A stretch of 64,000 bases of DNA from Eukaryota sp. GEM-RC1. Lineage: Eukaryota. The notes below the pieces were generated by a model. That model was not told the DNA's origin. It made no database searches and saw only the letters and a list, made by a program, of their open reading frames with translations. A program made the position numbers and the translations under genes. Positions 1 through 11,890 of the stretch are shown here, piece by piece (the first letter of the stretch is position 1; every line of letters starts with the position of its first letter). The DNA is taken from the NCBI GenBank assembly GCA_040285855.1, contig JAUFOQ010000002.1, forward strand, positions 558,001-622,000, in the 5' to 3' direction.

Positions 1-2
1 AT

Positions 3-215
3 GTTCTGGCAGCTAGTAGAGCTGGTTCAGGTCATATTCCTTATAGACGGTCAAAATTAACTCATATTTTGAGTGATTGTATTGGAGGTGAGTGTAAGTT
101 TATCCTACTAATCACAATCAGTCCTTTTTCTTCTAATGCGATGGAAACTCTACAAACTTTGGAGTTTGGATCGCGGGCAAGTATAACGAGCTTCAAAAAT
201 AAAGTTAAAAGATGA
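3..215 (+). CDS. 3' end of a kinesin motor-domain gene (motor at the C-terminus, kinesin-14-like); runs off the window start
   Basis: Frame from position 3 reads ...HIPYRRSKLTHILSDCIGGECKFILLITISPFSSNAMETLQTLEFGSRA...KR-stop (TGA 213-215). HIPYRxSKLT and ETLxTLxFGxRA are kinesin motor motifs. Not in the ORF track. Confidence 0.85.
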   Translation, partial: VLAASRAGSGHIPYRRSKLTHILSDCIGGECKFILLITISPFSSNAMETLQTLEFGSRASITSFKNKVKR

Positions 216-329
216 TTTAATGGACCAAATTGTTCCTATATTTGGGATTTTTGTGTGTATATAAGTTGGTCTCGAACTTCAAAAAAAACTATTTAAATAA
301 AAACTAATGTAAATAACAACTCTAAAACT

Positions 330-3300
330 CTACTTACGCCTCTTTTGCTTGGCTTTTGCTCCCTTCTGGGCTCCTTTAATCAATCCAGCAAACACATCAC
401 TCTTCTTTGATCTCTTCTTCAAATGAGCAGGATTCAATGCCACGACAGCAACTGAGCTGTTATTGGCAATCACACGATGACCCTTTGAGTCTCGTTGAGT
501 TTTTTTACTTGATTGACCGTCATCCTTACGACGTTTCCGATTTACTTTTGATTCATTTTCAACACTACCAGCTCTAATTACTTGAGACAAATCAAGTCCA
601 TCATCTTTGCTATCCAAAAACGAACTCTTGATTACCAACTTACCAGAATCTTCTTGAATCATTGGACCTGGAAACGTGTTTTCTCTTGAATTCTTCTGAC
701 TAACTTGAGTTTTTAAATGAACCTGTGTTTGATTGTCATCAAGTAAATCCAATGACGTTGGCACGACCAAATCACCTTCCTTTTCTGTTTTTGATTGATC
801 TCTATTCCTGTTCTTTTCCGCTTTGTCTTTTCGAGTCTTTCTTCTGAGAGATTTATCAACTGCATGGATAACTTTAAAGAAATCAGAAAGATTATCATTT
901 GCCTGACAAGCTTCAGAAACTGTAGTTCCACCAAATTTCTTAATAAACTTCTCAATTAAATATCTGACATTCTTGGCACTCTTAGCTGAATGATTGTACC
1001 AATATTTAAAAAATACCAGTATTTCAGTTAACAAATAGTCACGTACTAACTGACGTCCTTTTCTAAATGAAACCATTCTCTTAAGTAAAAGAAGAACAGA
1101 TCGAGAACATTCTGAGGTCATTGACTCTTTAGGAGAAATTAAAATTTGATGAATGAATTCGCCAATTTCTTCGAAAATTTCAGTATTCAAGTACTGCTCA
1201 AACTCCAAAATCAGTGAGCTAAAAGCGGTAATCAGTCCAGAATCAATCACAATTGATTGACCCCCACGGAAAAGTGATCGCAACACTCCATCAACACCTC
1301 TATCATGGGCAACTGAATCGTGAGCAATAGCAGACAACAATCCCAATACAGACTTTCTAACTTTAGCACTACCAGTTTTCAATCCAATCACACAATCACC
1401 TACCCAATCAGTCAATAACAAATGCTGTGATGACGATATAAAAGGAACCAACGCAGTTAAAAGCCTGAAAAAGATCTCTTTGCTCCATCTGCCACTGTAG
1501 ACACTGAACAAGACTTTGCCAAATTAAAAGCTTCCTGTTTCATTTCGTCGTTAGAAATGGATGCAAGATTCGCTGCCAAACGGAAGATCTTGTGTAATAA
1601 AGCAGAGTCTCCATAGGGGAGAAGAGATTGCAGACATTTTAATACTAATACTCCGGGATCTTTGATTTTGGCGGTATCTTGGTTTTGGCGGCAGATTGTT
1701 GCTAGAGAGAACACGTGGATTAGGTCAGAATAGACGTGTATCATTGGATTTTGACCATCTGATGGAGACGCCTGGACCAGAGCAAAAGTTTTTTTAATTG
1801 TTTCTGATAGGAAATTCATAACTCCCTGGAAAGGTGAAATTAAACTCAAAACGTAAACTGTTTCTAAAATTTGTTTACGGCACTCACTTTTGAGTTGATT
1901 TTGATGTAGTGAAACCGATTTAACACTTGAACTGAAAAGATCAAGAAGAGCAATCAAAAGCTGTCTACAGTGAGGAGCAATGATTGATTTGTTGATTTTG
2001 ACTGTTTCAGAATCAAGATGATTCATACGTGATTGATTGACAATTCCATCTTCTTCCTCGTGTTCACTGTCAGATCCTGACTCATCATCACTTTCCAATT
2101 CGTCATCAATCTCCTCTGATTGACTCTCAATCAATGGCTCAAAAACAGAAACCACTTGACTAAAGTCTTCATAAGTCATACAACACGTGGTAATCAAACG
2201 ATATAGTCCTTTAACAGTTGGCAGGATTGCCTCTGTACCCTCCTTAAATTTAAAAACTCCAGAAATAAATTCCAAAACTTTTGAAAATTCTGTAGACATA
2301 TCTACAGGAGAACGACACAACGAAGAGAAACATTCGAGTAGTTGTAAAGCGAGAATTTCAAAATCACCCGCAGCCTTGATTAAAGTCTCATTATTAGTTG
2401 ATTTAATCGATTGAGCTCTACTTTTGAGCATTCTGGAAAGAGGCAAAAACTGATCGAAAAATATCGACAATTTTGAATTCTGAGCACCCTTTACAATTGA
2501 CCAAACTAGCCAAGGTCTAGGACAACTAGAAGCGTCTTGTTGAGAGGGATCCAAGTTGAGGGAAGCCAAATCAGATAGAACAAAGTCCAGGCCAAAGTTA
2601 GTAACAATTGTACCAACAACGGTTCGTCCAACCCTGAGTAAAGCTTCATTAAAGGAGATTTCAGAACTTTTTGAGTTTTTGGAATTTTTTAAAACAAATA
2701 AGTGAGCATCATCTAAAAGAGAAAAAACAAATCTGAATAGTTTCATTAACATTTGTCGATGTAATTTGTTAGTAATAGAGAAGAATATGTTCGTAATTGA
2801 TAACAGATTAGTCCATGCTAGTCGTGTCTGAATTGAGAAATAGCTGAGAAGAATATTTGAAATATTAGTAACACATGTAATTTCCAGTTCATCAGTAGAG
2901 TTCAACAAAAATGGTTTCAACACCTTAAGTAGTTTCATACATCTCTTTTGAACAGTGATAATATCTGATCTTGTGAGAGAAATGCATGGAGAAATGAAAA
3001 GTTCAAAAATAGTGGGGAAATTGGTCAAGACAACATCTCGATGTTCGAGAGTAAAAGTTTGGACAGCCTGGAAAACAAATGAAAGAGCTGGTCCGGTTGC
3101 ACGTGATTTTTGACCGACCTTTTGAGCTTCTTCGATCAGAGTCCAAATATCACCAAAATGAATAAAATCAACCACTTTTGTCGTTAATCCAAATGCTTTT
3201 GACACAGAGTCTGGCGATCTAGCAGCATCCTGTACGACAGACGAAACAAACTTGACTAAACTAGCACTGACTACTGCATGAGTCTCAGTGGAAAAGAGAC

Positions 3301-3784
3301 GGGGTAGCAAGAGGGAAGCACGGGAAGAGATGGTGTCGTTAGGGTGTGTGAGAAAGTAGAAGATCAAATCGAAGAGTGATCGAACAGATGAAGCAGGTGA
3401 CATTGAAGCAGGAAGGGAGGAGAGAAAAGTAACTGAACAAGAAAGGGCAGCAGGGATGATAACGTCGTCCTCCACATAGGATTTCAGTATATGAAGTAGA
3501 ACATCAGTATGGGTCACACATTGTTTGATGAGAACGGCCACAGGGATTGATTCAATAAGAGAAGTGAGTAGATATAGTGTGGCAGTCAGTTGTGATTGTG
3601 AAAGAGGTTCGGGATTTCGCAGTGATGAAAGAAACGCAGCATAGAAAGATGTGATGGATAAGGGAAGTTCTTGCTCAAGAATAAGAGAATGTACTGCAGA
3701 AAGAATGTTTTGGGCTTCATTGGTGGTATCTTTTGCTATCACATCGTTGAATATCAAAAGAATTGTTTCTGATGAATCAAGCAT
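330..3784 (-). CDS. RRP12: RRP12-like HEAT-repeat ribosome biogenesis protein (NUC173 domain)
   Basis: ORFs 1457-3784 and 330-1511 join if one base is added to the 5-nt run at 1468-1472. The segment RPWLVWSIVKGAQNSKLSIFFDQFLPLS is NUC173-like, and the C-terminal tail is basic. About 1150 aa in total. Confidence 0.75.
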
Positions 3785-3826
3785 TGATCCGAAAAGAAAT
3801 GATCAAAGACAATAATTCTCTCCATT

Positions 3827-4857
3827 ATGAAGATCATTGTTTTTGTTGTTGCTCTTGTAGCCCTTGCTCAGGCAAGTTATTTCTTGCAAACTCCTCAAAT
3901 CCATCATGTTAATAACCAGAAAGCTCTTTGGACTGCTGGTTTAAACGAACAGTTTTTGGGAATGACTGATGCTGAATTAAAAGCCTTCTTGAACTACGAA
4001 CACATCATCAGAGATGCTGTCCCTGTCACTGCTAAAGATCTTGGCGTTAATGAAAACGAAATCCCTGAAAGCTATGATGTCAGAACTAACACTGGATGTG
4101 GTAATTATATTCTCAACCAAGGATCCTGTGGATCATGCTGGGCTTTCGGTTTGTTATTCCAATGAAATCTTATCTTAGCTGCTGCTTCAAGTACTACAGA
4201 TCGCTTCTGCATTGCTACCAAGAATACTTCCTTCCCTGTACTCTCTCCTCAGGAACTCGTCAATTGTGATTCTCGTAACCACGGTTGCAATGGGGGCGTA
4301 TATGACTATGCTCACAATTATATTCGTGATAGGTATGCTATTGAACCTTTTCATTCACATCAGAGGACTTTCAACGGATAAGTGTATGTCTTATGTTTCT
4401 GGTAAAACTCGTAAGGCCGAACAATGTAAGCAGATTTGTGATGATGGATCTATGCCTGTCAAATTCTATCATGACAATACTCCTATCCAGTACTGTATGT
4501 ATCTGCAAAATTGACTTTAGATCACACTGTTCAGGATATCCAAGCTGCCATTTTAACTCATGGATCAGCCAAACTGGGAATGGCTGTCTACGCCGATTTC
4601 ATGTCTTACAAATCAGGTATTTATCACCATGTTTCTGGTTCACTTAGAGGTGGACACGCTCTTCGTATTATCGGTTTGTGCTCAATTTTGTTCTAATATC
4701 AGGATGGGGTGTTGAAGACGGTGTTGATTTTTGGACTGTCGCTAACTCTTGGGGTTCAGGATGGGGTGAAAATGGATATTTCCGAATCCGTCGTGGTGTT
4801 AATGAATCTAATATTGAAAGTAGAGGAGCTATTGCTGGTGTTCCACTTGTGCAATAG
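3827..4857 (+). CDS. Cathepsin B-like papain-family (C1A) cysteine protease with 4 introns (4149-4178, 4333-4363, 4495-4520, 4674-4702)
   Basis: Signal peptide, catalytic NQGSCGSCWAF, LSPQELVNCD, GCNGG, GGHALRIIGWG, WTVANSWGSGWGENGYFRIRRG. The four GT-AG introns restore a single frame to TAG at 4855-4857. Confidence 0.93.
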
Positions 4858-5113
4858 TTGAATTATTGAACAATTGTATAAATTATTGTCCTAAGTGGAT
4901 AAAATGCATGCATTTAATGAGTATTTAATCGGGGTTAATCTCACTATAGAATGTAAATCAACATCACGGCTTACTAGTAGGATGTTAAATGGTTCAGTTC
5001 ACTAGTGAGGAAACCGTGTATATACATGTACATAATAGATTGCTGCTACATGACGGAACACACTACTGATAGTATAATGGTAAAATATTTGGAACATAGT
5101 CTACCCTTGATAT

Positions 5114-5201
5114 CAGTGAACGCTAACACGTCATGGCCTGACACGTAACACGCGTGTTAACACGTGTTAGTTACGATTTTTGAACGTGTTAGCGTTCACT
5201 G
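5114..5201. mobile_element. 88-bp hAT-type MITE, family 1
   Basis: Perfect TIR cagtgaacgctaacacg...cgtgttagcgttcactg; 8-bp TSD cttgatat at 5106-5113 and 5202-5209. Confidence 0.92.
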
Positions 5202-5355
5202 CTTGATATAGGGTTTTCATTTTGTTGTGGATTATCCAGGTGTGCGCTATAAGTACAGTAGTAGTAAACAGAAAGTTTCCAAACTGTGAAAATTCGGTTT
5301 AAGTAAAGTATTGATAGAAATGTTGTTGTTTTAAATCACTAATGCAAAGCCGGTT

Positions 5356-6084
5356 ATGTACAGCAGGAAGTGTACGAGTCCATATATTGAACCGAACTTG
5401 TTCAACATCTCAACAATGAAAAAAATTCCATCAATTTTAACTTCACCCATGTCAAACACATCTTATGACTCGTTAGTGACTAAGGCATCGTCCATAATCT
5501 GCTCCCTCAATAGACGAAACAAGGATCGTTCTATCAAACAGGTACAACAGTTCTTCCATTCATCCGAACTCGAAGTTGATTTCGATTTGTTCATGTCGCA
5601 CTTGGCCGCTGTTATCTCCGACGAAGCTGTTAATGCGGAAAAGTCAGACACAATTGTGCTTTATGCTGAGTTTTGTTCCGAACTTGCCAAGAATCCTCAA
5701 TTTAAAGTGGCACTCACCGCTACGATGCGAGACGCCTTCAATTCCTTCTTCTTTGAACCCAGTATTGAAGAGTCTGAAATCTTGGAAATGGAACCCTTAA
5801 TACTGAACACCTTTGAATTCATTGCTTATCTCGTAAAGTTTAAAGTCATGGAGCGAGCGCTTGTAGCTTTTATTACTGGAATCCTTGTGAAGAACTTCCA
5901 AAAACCACTTGCTGTTCTGAGTCTGATCGCACTGTGGGAAGCCATTCTTTCCTTTGCCCCTATTGATCCATGGGTGGGTGCTAATGTCTTAACCCACATC
6001 AAACGTTTCTCAACTGACCTTCTACTCAAGGATGATGTTCGAGTAGCTTGTAAGGACTTTCTGTCTTCTGTAACGTCTGTTTGA
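5356..6084 (+). CDS. MIF4G-domain protein (eIF4G/CBP80-like helical domain)
   Basis: 242-aa ORF. IICSLNRRN...AVISDEAV...VLYAEFCSEL...FEFIAYLVK resembles the MIF4G pattern (LNKL..; YA.LC..L; FIGEL.K). Confidence 0.55.
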   Translation: MYSRKCTSPYIEPNLFNISTMKKIPSILTSPMSNTSYDSLVTKASSIICSLNRRNKDRSIKQVQQFFHSSELEVDFDLFMSHLAAVISDEAVNAEKSDTIVLYAEFCSELAKNPQFKVALTATMRDAFNSFFFEPSIEESEILEMEPLILNTFEFIAYLVKFKVMERALVAFITGILVKNFQKPLAVLSLIALWEAILSFAPIDPWVGANVLTHIKRFSTDLLLKDDVRVACKDFLSSVTSV

Positions 6085-6164
6085 GAATGCTACCGGATTA
6101 CGTTGTCTTGTCCAACACACATGGAGCCTGAAAATCGCAACAGGTAACTCTATTAGTATAGTAT

Positions 6165-6905
6165 TTATTTTAAACTCCAGGAATATACTGGAAATAGATT
6201 AGTTGGCCAATTTGGTACTTGTTCTTTCTTTGTAATGGTGAAACCAGCGGTAGTGAACAACTCGTCAAAATATCCTACAGGTCTGGTTACAGAGTTGTCA
6301 TCTTCATCGTGCGCTAAACCACCATCAAGAGTACAGTTTTCCTTCACATAGATGATTCCTCCTTTGGACAGTCTTTCCTTGCAGAACTGAAGAGCAGCAA
6401 TTATATCAGCGTCTGTTAAATAGAGGAGCACCCATTCAATGAAAACAACATCAAAACAGAGATTAGGGATTGTTTGAGGAGAAACTTGGTGAAAACCTAA
6501 GCAGAATCTGTTGCCCACTCGATCAGAAAATGAAGAGAGAACATTATGGGATTCATCCAGAAACCGCTGCGATGGTTCAAGAAGGTGAACGGTGGCATTG
6601 AAGAATATAGGGAGAAGGACATTCTTAGAGATGCGACCTATACCAGACCCTACATCTAGAATGTTAAAGACATTTTCTAGTCCACATGGAGGTGGGTTAT
6701 TACGGATGAAAGAAAGACTATGAACAGCGTCTAATCCAGACAAAGAACCAAATCCTCCTAACATTCCATCGTTTGAAGGAGTCATTGAGTTCCAGAACTC
6801 AGAAGTTTGATCATACCAAACATTAGTCTTCTCCTTGGCAAGTGACTGGAAATGTTGCCAAATGGCTTCAGATTGTTCTGTAAATGGTCTCAACTCTTCA
6901 TCCAT
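6165..6905 (-). CDS. NTM1: Alpha-N-terminal protein methyltransferase (NTM1/NRMT1)
   Basis: GMLGGFG, LDVGSGIGRI, DVVFIEWVLLYLTD, GGIIYVKEN and DEDDNSVTR motifs. Confidence 0.9.
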   Translation of the reverse strand: MDEELRPFTEQSEAIWQHFQSLAKEKTNVWYDQTSEFWNSMTPSNDGMLGGFGSLSGLDAVHSLSFIRNNPPPCGLENVFNILDVGSGIGRISKNVLLPIFFNATVHLLEPSQRFLDESHNVLSSFSDRVGNRFCLGFHQVSPQTIPNLCFDVVFIEWVLLYLTDADIIAALQFCKERLSKGGIIYVKENCTLDGGLAHDEDDNSVTRPVGYFDELFTTAGFTITKKEQVPNWPTNLFPVYSWSLK

Positions 6906-6914
6906 GAAAGGAAA

Positions 6915-8346
6915 CTAATCGACAGAAATAATTTTGAATGCATTGCCGTCCTTTTCCTTTAGTAAAACGGTTCCCCTTGAGGATCCTCTGGCGATAATAA
7001 AGTTAGTATCAAAATCTTGGGTAGTTTCAACTGAAGAAAAACATTCTTGATTGAAACCAATTAGTTTTGAAGGAAAACAAAGATACAAGTACTCATCAAA
7101 AAGAACAAATCCTGGACATCTGAATGTGAACCATACTCGGAACAGTCAAGTTCATGAACAACACCGTTCTTACTCTTAACAACAAATCTGTCTCCTGATT
7201 TAAAAACAGAGTGCTCATCAGAGGAAAGTATAACAGAATCAGCTTGTACAATGGACAGTCCATCAGTAAAAGCGTTCAGTTCGGAGTTAGAGAGGGAGCA
7301 TAAAAAATCTTCCAAAAAGCGGTGAAAAGATGTTACAAAACCAGGAACAACACATTTAAACTTAGATAAGTTCAACAATCCCACTGACAACACTTTTGAA
7401 TTCCCCTTAAACAGTAGAACATCGTCCTTCTTTCCTGGGATAGATTGAATCAATACAGTGAGGAAATAATGAATGGAGGACAACTGGCATCTGTATGATT
7501 GAAGGTCACTGATTAGAGACGTCAGATGTTCATGGAAATCAACAAAAGATGAGTAACCGATATAACAGAGGAAAACAGGTTCAAATAATCAGCTACAATG
7601 GGACCTTCCAAAAATGAATCTATTTGATTGATTAGCAATGAGAGTTGATGAAAGCAATCAGATTTCAAACCAATGAAATTTTCAAATTTTCCAGTTCTGG
7701 GAAATTCAGAAAGAATGTGGTCAAGATGATCAAACAAGTTAGAATGTGAGAACTTTTCAAGTAACGTAGAAATCGACTTTTCAAAGGACAAATATTTGTG
7801 ATAACGTTGGTAAAAGTTCTTCATCAAATCTGTAAATTGTTTTGCAAAACATTCATACTGAGAAATGACTTTTCCTTCACTTTGGCAAACTCCAAAACTG
7901 GAAATGACAACATCACCTGAAGGAATAGATAACGATGTCAAGGACACGTGAGTATCAGCATGAGAAGTAGTTAGAATTGACCCATACTCAGTGATTAGAT
8001 AGAGTACCTGGGAATCCTTAAAGAACACATAAATTAAGTTGTTGTTCCATGTAATGAAACACTTTGTTCTTTGAGTAGGAGATGAGAATAGACCAAAATG
8101 AAGATCTATTGACCTTGTGATTGAAAGAGAGTCTGTGTCATAAATGGTCATCAATGTTCCAGTGTCACTCTTAGAGAAGATAGCTAGAAATACGCCACTG
8201 GGACACCATGTAAGAGAAAGTATAGACGAGACTTGGAGATGAGGGAACTCAGAAGGGGAATCATTAGAGTGGAGAGTAAGATACTTGACTGAAGAGTTAT
8301 CACTGATGATATAGATGTCCCTTAATGGATTAGGTTCAAGAAGCAT
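6915..8346 (-). CDS. WD40-like protein, possibly a divergent APC4 (anaphase-promoting complex subunit 4)
   Basis: ORFs 7522-8397 and 7061-7483, plus a further segment ending at TAG (6915-6917), join by two single-base additions in T runs. The N-terminal ILSLTWCPSGVFLAI is WD40-like, followed by a helical middle and a beta-rich end with GSSRGTVLL. The APC4 identity is inference only. Confidence 0.4.
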
Positions 8347-8406
8347 TCTTGTAAAAAAACAAAATTTGGTAAGTACCAACATTTTCTGCAAATGCATTAT
8401 TTCACT

Positions 8407-9196
8407 TGGATGATCAATATGCGTCTTCGTTTGGCTATTTGGCCTGCAAATTTATTAAACTATTCAACGTGCTCTTGTGGAGCTAATGGTGTTTTTCGTC
8501 ATTTAATTAATTGTCGTTATTTTATTCATCTCCGTGCAGTAATTCATGATGGTGTACGTGATTCTTGTTATTCAATGTTTAAAGCACATGGTTTTCACTC
8601 TAAAGTTGAACCAGTTTTGAATCATCTTTCAGAAAATGAATTTATTGATCAAAAAGAGGGGATCTACATACTCCGTGGCTTAAATCGAGTCAATCATTAA
8701 TGGATTTTACTACAGTAGATGTATGTAACAAATCTTGTGTTAGTAGGATATTAGATTCTTCTTTTAATCCATTAACAGCAGCTGACAAGCTCAAACACTC
8801 CAAGTATGACTCTCAAGTAGAAGAATTAAATAGAAACTCATATGCCAAATTTGTGTTTCAACCTTTTGCTGTTTCTCTTTTGGATCTATTAGTCCTGCTG
8901 GTGATCAATTTTTCAAGGATTTCGAAGAATTGTGTAAAGAAAAGAAGCGTAAGTTTAGAATGGCTGAATGGAAAAATCGTATAGTGTTTTCCATATATCG
9001 GAATATGCCTTTCTATTTCTCTAGATTAATTGAGAAATTGTACAAGTTTGGTGTGAAGGTTAATGTTGATAAACGTAATCTTTTACCGGGTGGTGATGAA
9101 GTCGTTTGGATTTAATCTTAGTATTATTTGTTTGTTTTTACAATTTCATAGTCTGTAGGAAGGTTACCTTATTGGGTGCCGAATAAACATTCTCTC
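8407..9196 (+). mobile_element. 5'-truncated non-LTR retrotransposon, RLE/CRE-like family A
   Basis: Encodes RLRL..CSCG..RHLINC..IHDGVRD (zinc knuckle) and KVEP..DFTTVD..K..KY..FQPFAVS (RLE endonuclease), with frameshifts. Flanked by a 10-bp TSD ttatttcact at 8397-8406 and 9197-9206. Confidence 0.85.
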
Positions 9197-9263
9197 TTAT
9201 TTCACTGATTGATCATAAAGCCCGTTTTTTTTCTAAGAGTCTTAGCTAAAGGAAAATCTAAAC

Positions 9264-9442
9264 CAGTGATGTCCCAAAATAGTAGACGTAAATACGGTAC
9301 GTTTTCAACTTTGCCGTAAGTAATTTACGTATTTTTACAGTTACCGTATTTTACGGATACCGAGTATAGTGCCGTAATTTACCGTAATTTACGGTAGTTT
9401 ACGGTAAATAGTGTACGGTACGCTATTTTTTGTACATCACTG
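9264..9442. mobile_element. 179-bp hAT-type MITE with repeated tacggta/taccgta internal motifs
   Basis: Ends cagtgatgt...acatcactg; 8-bp TSD atctaaac at 9256-9263 and 9443-9450. Confidence 0.9.
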
Positions 9443-9639
9443 ATCTAAACTGAGCAAAGTTAATTATACTCTAATAGAAATAGCTCAAGGGAGAGCTGAA
9501 TTAGCCAACTACTGTATGAAAGATTTAGTTCTGACTTTGAAGCTTGTTGATGTTTTTCAAATGCCAAATCCGTCTCCGCCTTTCTCTTAAAAAAAATTAG
9601 GCATGTGTAAAATATAACATTTTGACTAATTTTTAGAAA

Positions 9640-11870
9640 CATGTCGTCATTATGTACTAATACACTGCCAATTGATGTCTCATCTCAAAGCGTTTAAAGC
9701 TTCTGTGAATCAGTAGGGGCAATCCCTAAACAATCAAGAGCTGTATCAGTGGTTGTCAAAATCCTTGAACACTTTTACTCTTTTTTTTGTGCAATGGACA
9801 CAGACAAAATTAAAATTGTTAAAAAAAGTGTTCACAAAACAAATGAATGCAGCAAAATTTCAAAAATTAGAAATTTTGCCTGTCATGGAACACCTGCTTG
9901 CCATGAAAATATTAAAAAAAGAAATGGTTGAAGACTCAAAAAAGGAAACAGAAAGGCTGTTTTATCATCACAAATTGGTAGAAATCAAATTGATTATTCT
10001 AAACTTTTGACCAATATTTTGTCTGTTTTAGAGGAGAAGACAGCAGCTTTAAATTCTGAAGTTATTTCTATGCAAGGCAGATTTAGTTCTATTCCTCCTA
10101 CTACCTCGTACTCGAAGGAAAAAGTTAATGAGTATTTTAAAGAATACTATCGTTCTACAATGGCAACCACTGATGACTCTGGAACTCCAGGAAATCTTTA
10201 CTTGCCAGCTATGGGTAGAATTTCGAGGTAGAGTGTTGCTGAATACAATAGTAATTTTGAGGTCAATATTAAAAAACAATGGGTGAAGTACGTGATTAAG
10301 TTCACTAATTGGCACCTGCACCTTCACAGTGTAACCGAAAAAATCAAAATCAAAATCAAAAAGAATACGTAAAAATTGAGAAACACAATTGAGATATTTC
10401 ATTGCTTTCTCAGAGAGGTTATTAATACCATATGTCACATCGGATAAACACAAAGAAAAGGGTAAGAAATACCCTCAAAATTATGTATTTTACTCACTGT
10501 CCCTAATGCACGGGGTGGAATTGCTGACGTCAGAACTCACTCAAATGTCATCTCATGACTTTGATGCGGTAGAAGGAAGACCAGAAGATATGAAGTGCTT
10601 TAAACCTTCCATTTACAAAGTCTTCCCTGTGAAAAATTCTGAAACTCCTGGTCATATCTTTATTGACACAGGCGCTCTCTAATTCCCAATGACGATAGGT
10701 TTCCTTCGAATAGTGAAGCAACACTACACGGAAATCTCGAAAAGTACCATCAGTACTGGAGTTGGATCTTTAGAACCTCAAAGAAAGTTTTCCGTCGACA
10801 GGGCTATTCCTTTAACCATTCCATTCGCACCAATGGAATTAGCGTTTCTCTAAGTTTAATAAGAAACGATTTAATTGGAAGAAAGCGTCTGCCCAGTAGA
10901 AATCTGGTAGACAACGACCTTTATATCACAGATGTACCAGTAGAATTACTGAAGGGTTCCTCTATCGTCTGTGGAGACCCCGGGGTAAGAGGGGGGTCAG
11001 TTGATGATGGGAGCAAGACAAAAAGATGTTCCGCCCAAAAACTACAAACCTAACGATCCCTCTTACAGAAACTGAAACGGGGATAAGCAGCACAATGACC
11101 ATGGGTAATTGAACAACCATCTTGGAACCCAAAAGAACCTCCACAAGAAAAACGAGGAATAAGGAATGCTCAAGAAGTTCCATTTTAAAAGATTGACAGC
11201 CCCTCAAAGAAAAAGAGAGACCCTTGGCAAAGATCAGGAGAAGTTCTTTAGAGAGAGTAAAAAGTCATGGATCAATGGAAGAAAAACTAATGAAGAGTGG
11301 TCCTTCGTTGGATAAACAACTAAGTAAACACTGTAGAAAAGTCCTTGATCACGATGATTTCTTGGCATATTGTAAAGCTAAGAATGAATTTTCCCTGAAC
11401 ATGGGATCGTATTATCAATCAGCCGATATAAGGAGAATGAAGCTAAAGAGGTATATGGCCAATGAACGTTTTGAATCAAGATGGATTGATGAGTTCAAAG
11501 AGAAGTTTGGAGGTTCAGAAAATGCAGTGATAGTGATGGGAGATTGGAAGGAAACTATATTCAAGAATCAAACACCAACAAAGAATGTTGGTCACAGGGC
11601 AATGTTCAAAAAACATCACTATCGGGTACTGCTGATCGATGAATATAGAACAAGCGCTCGATGACATAAGTGCGCTTGAAAATCATCACGGTATGAATGA
11701 AGAAAAACATCGTGTTCAAAATCCCAGACCTTACAGAAGAGCAAAAACAACAATGGTTTTAACACATGGATTACTCACTTGCAAAAAGTGACTGGATGTC
11801 TTTGGAACTGCAACGTTAGCGCTGTGTTAAACATGATTCATATTGTAGATGAACAGGTTAGAGGAAAGAA
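9640..11870 (+). pseudogene. Decayed Fanzor1-like (TnpB-derived RuvC nuclease) gene; boundaries approximate
   Basis: Motifs occur in order across frames: NFEVNIKKQWVKYV, KVFPVKNSETPGHIFIDT, YSFNHSIRTNGISVSL, IVCGDPG (RuvC-I Asp at 10976-10978), VIVMGDW, VLLIDEYRTS (RuvC-II), NPRPYRR..VLTHGLLTCKK, LWNCNVSAVLNM (degenerate RuvC-III). Contains several stops and frameshifts. Confidence 0.85.
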
Positions 11871-11890
11871 CTTCGTAATTTTCTCTCTTG

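Noticed and set aside
1457..1475. Programmed frameshifting at TTT-stop (TTT TAA here, TTT TGA at 52024, TTT TAA at 48636)
   Set aside because: Other junctions end in different codons, and conserved motifs (SmD3 KNAPMF, LRR consensus) place the shifts at upstream homopolymers; sequencing error is simpler.
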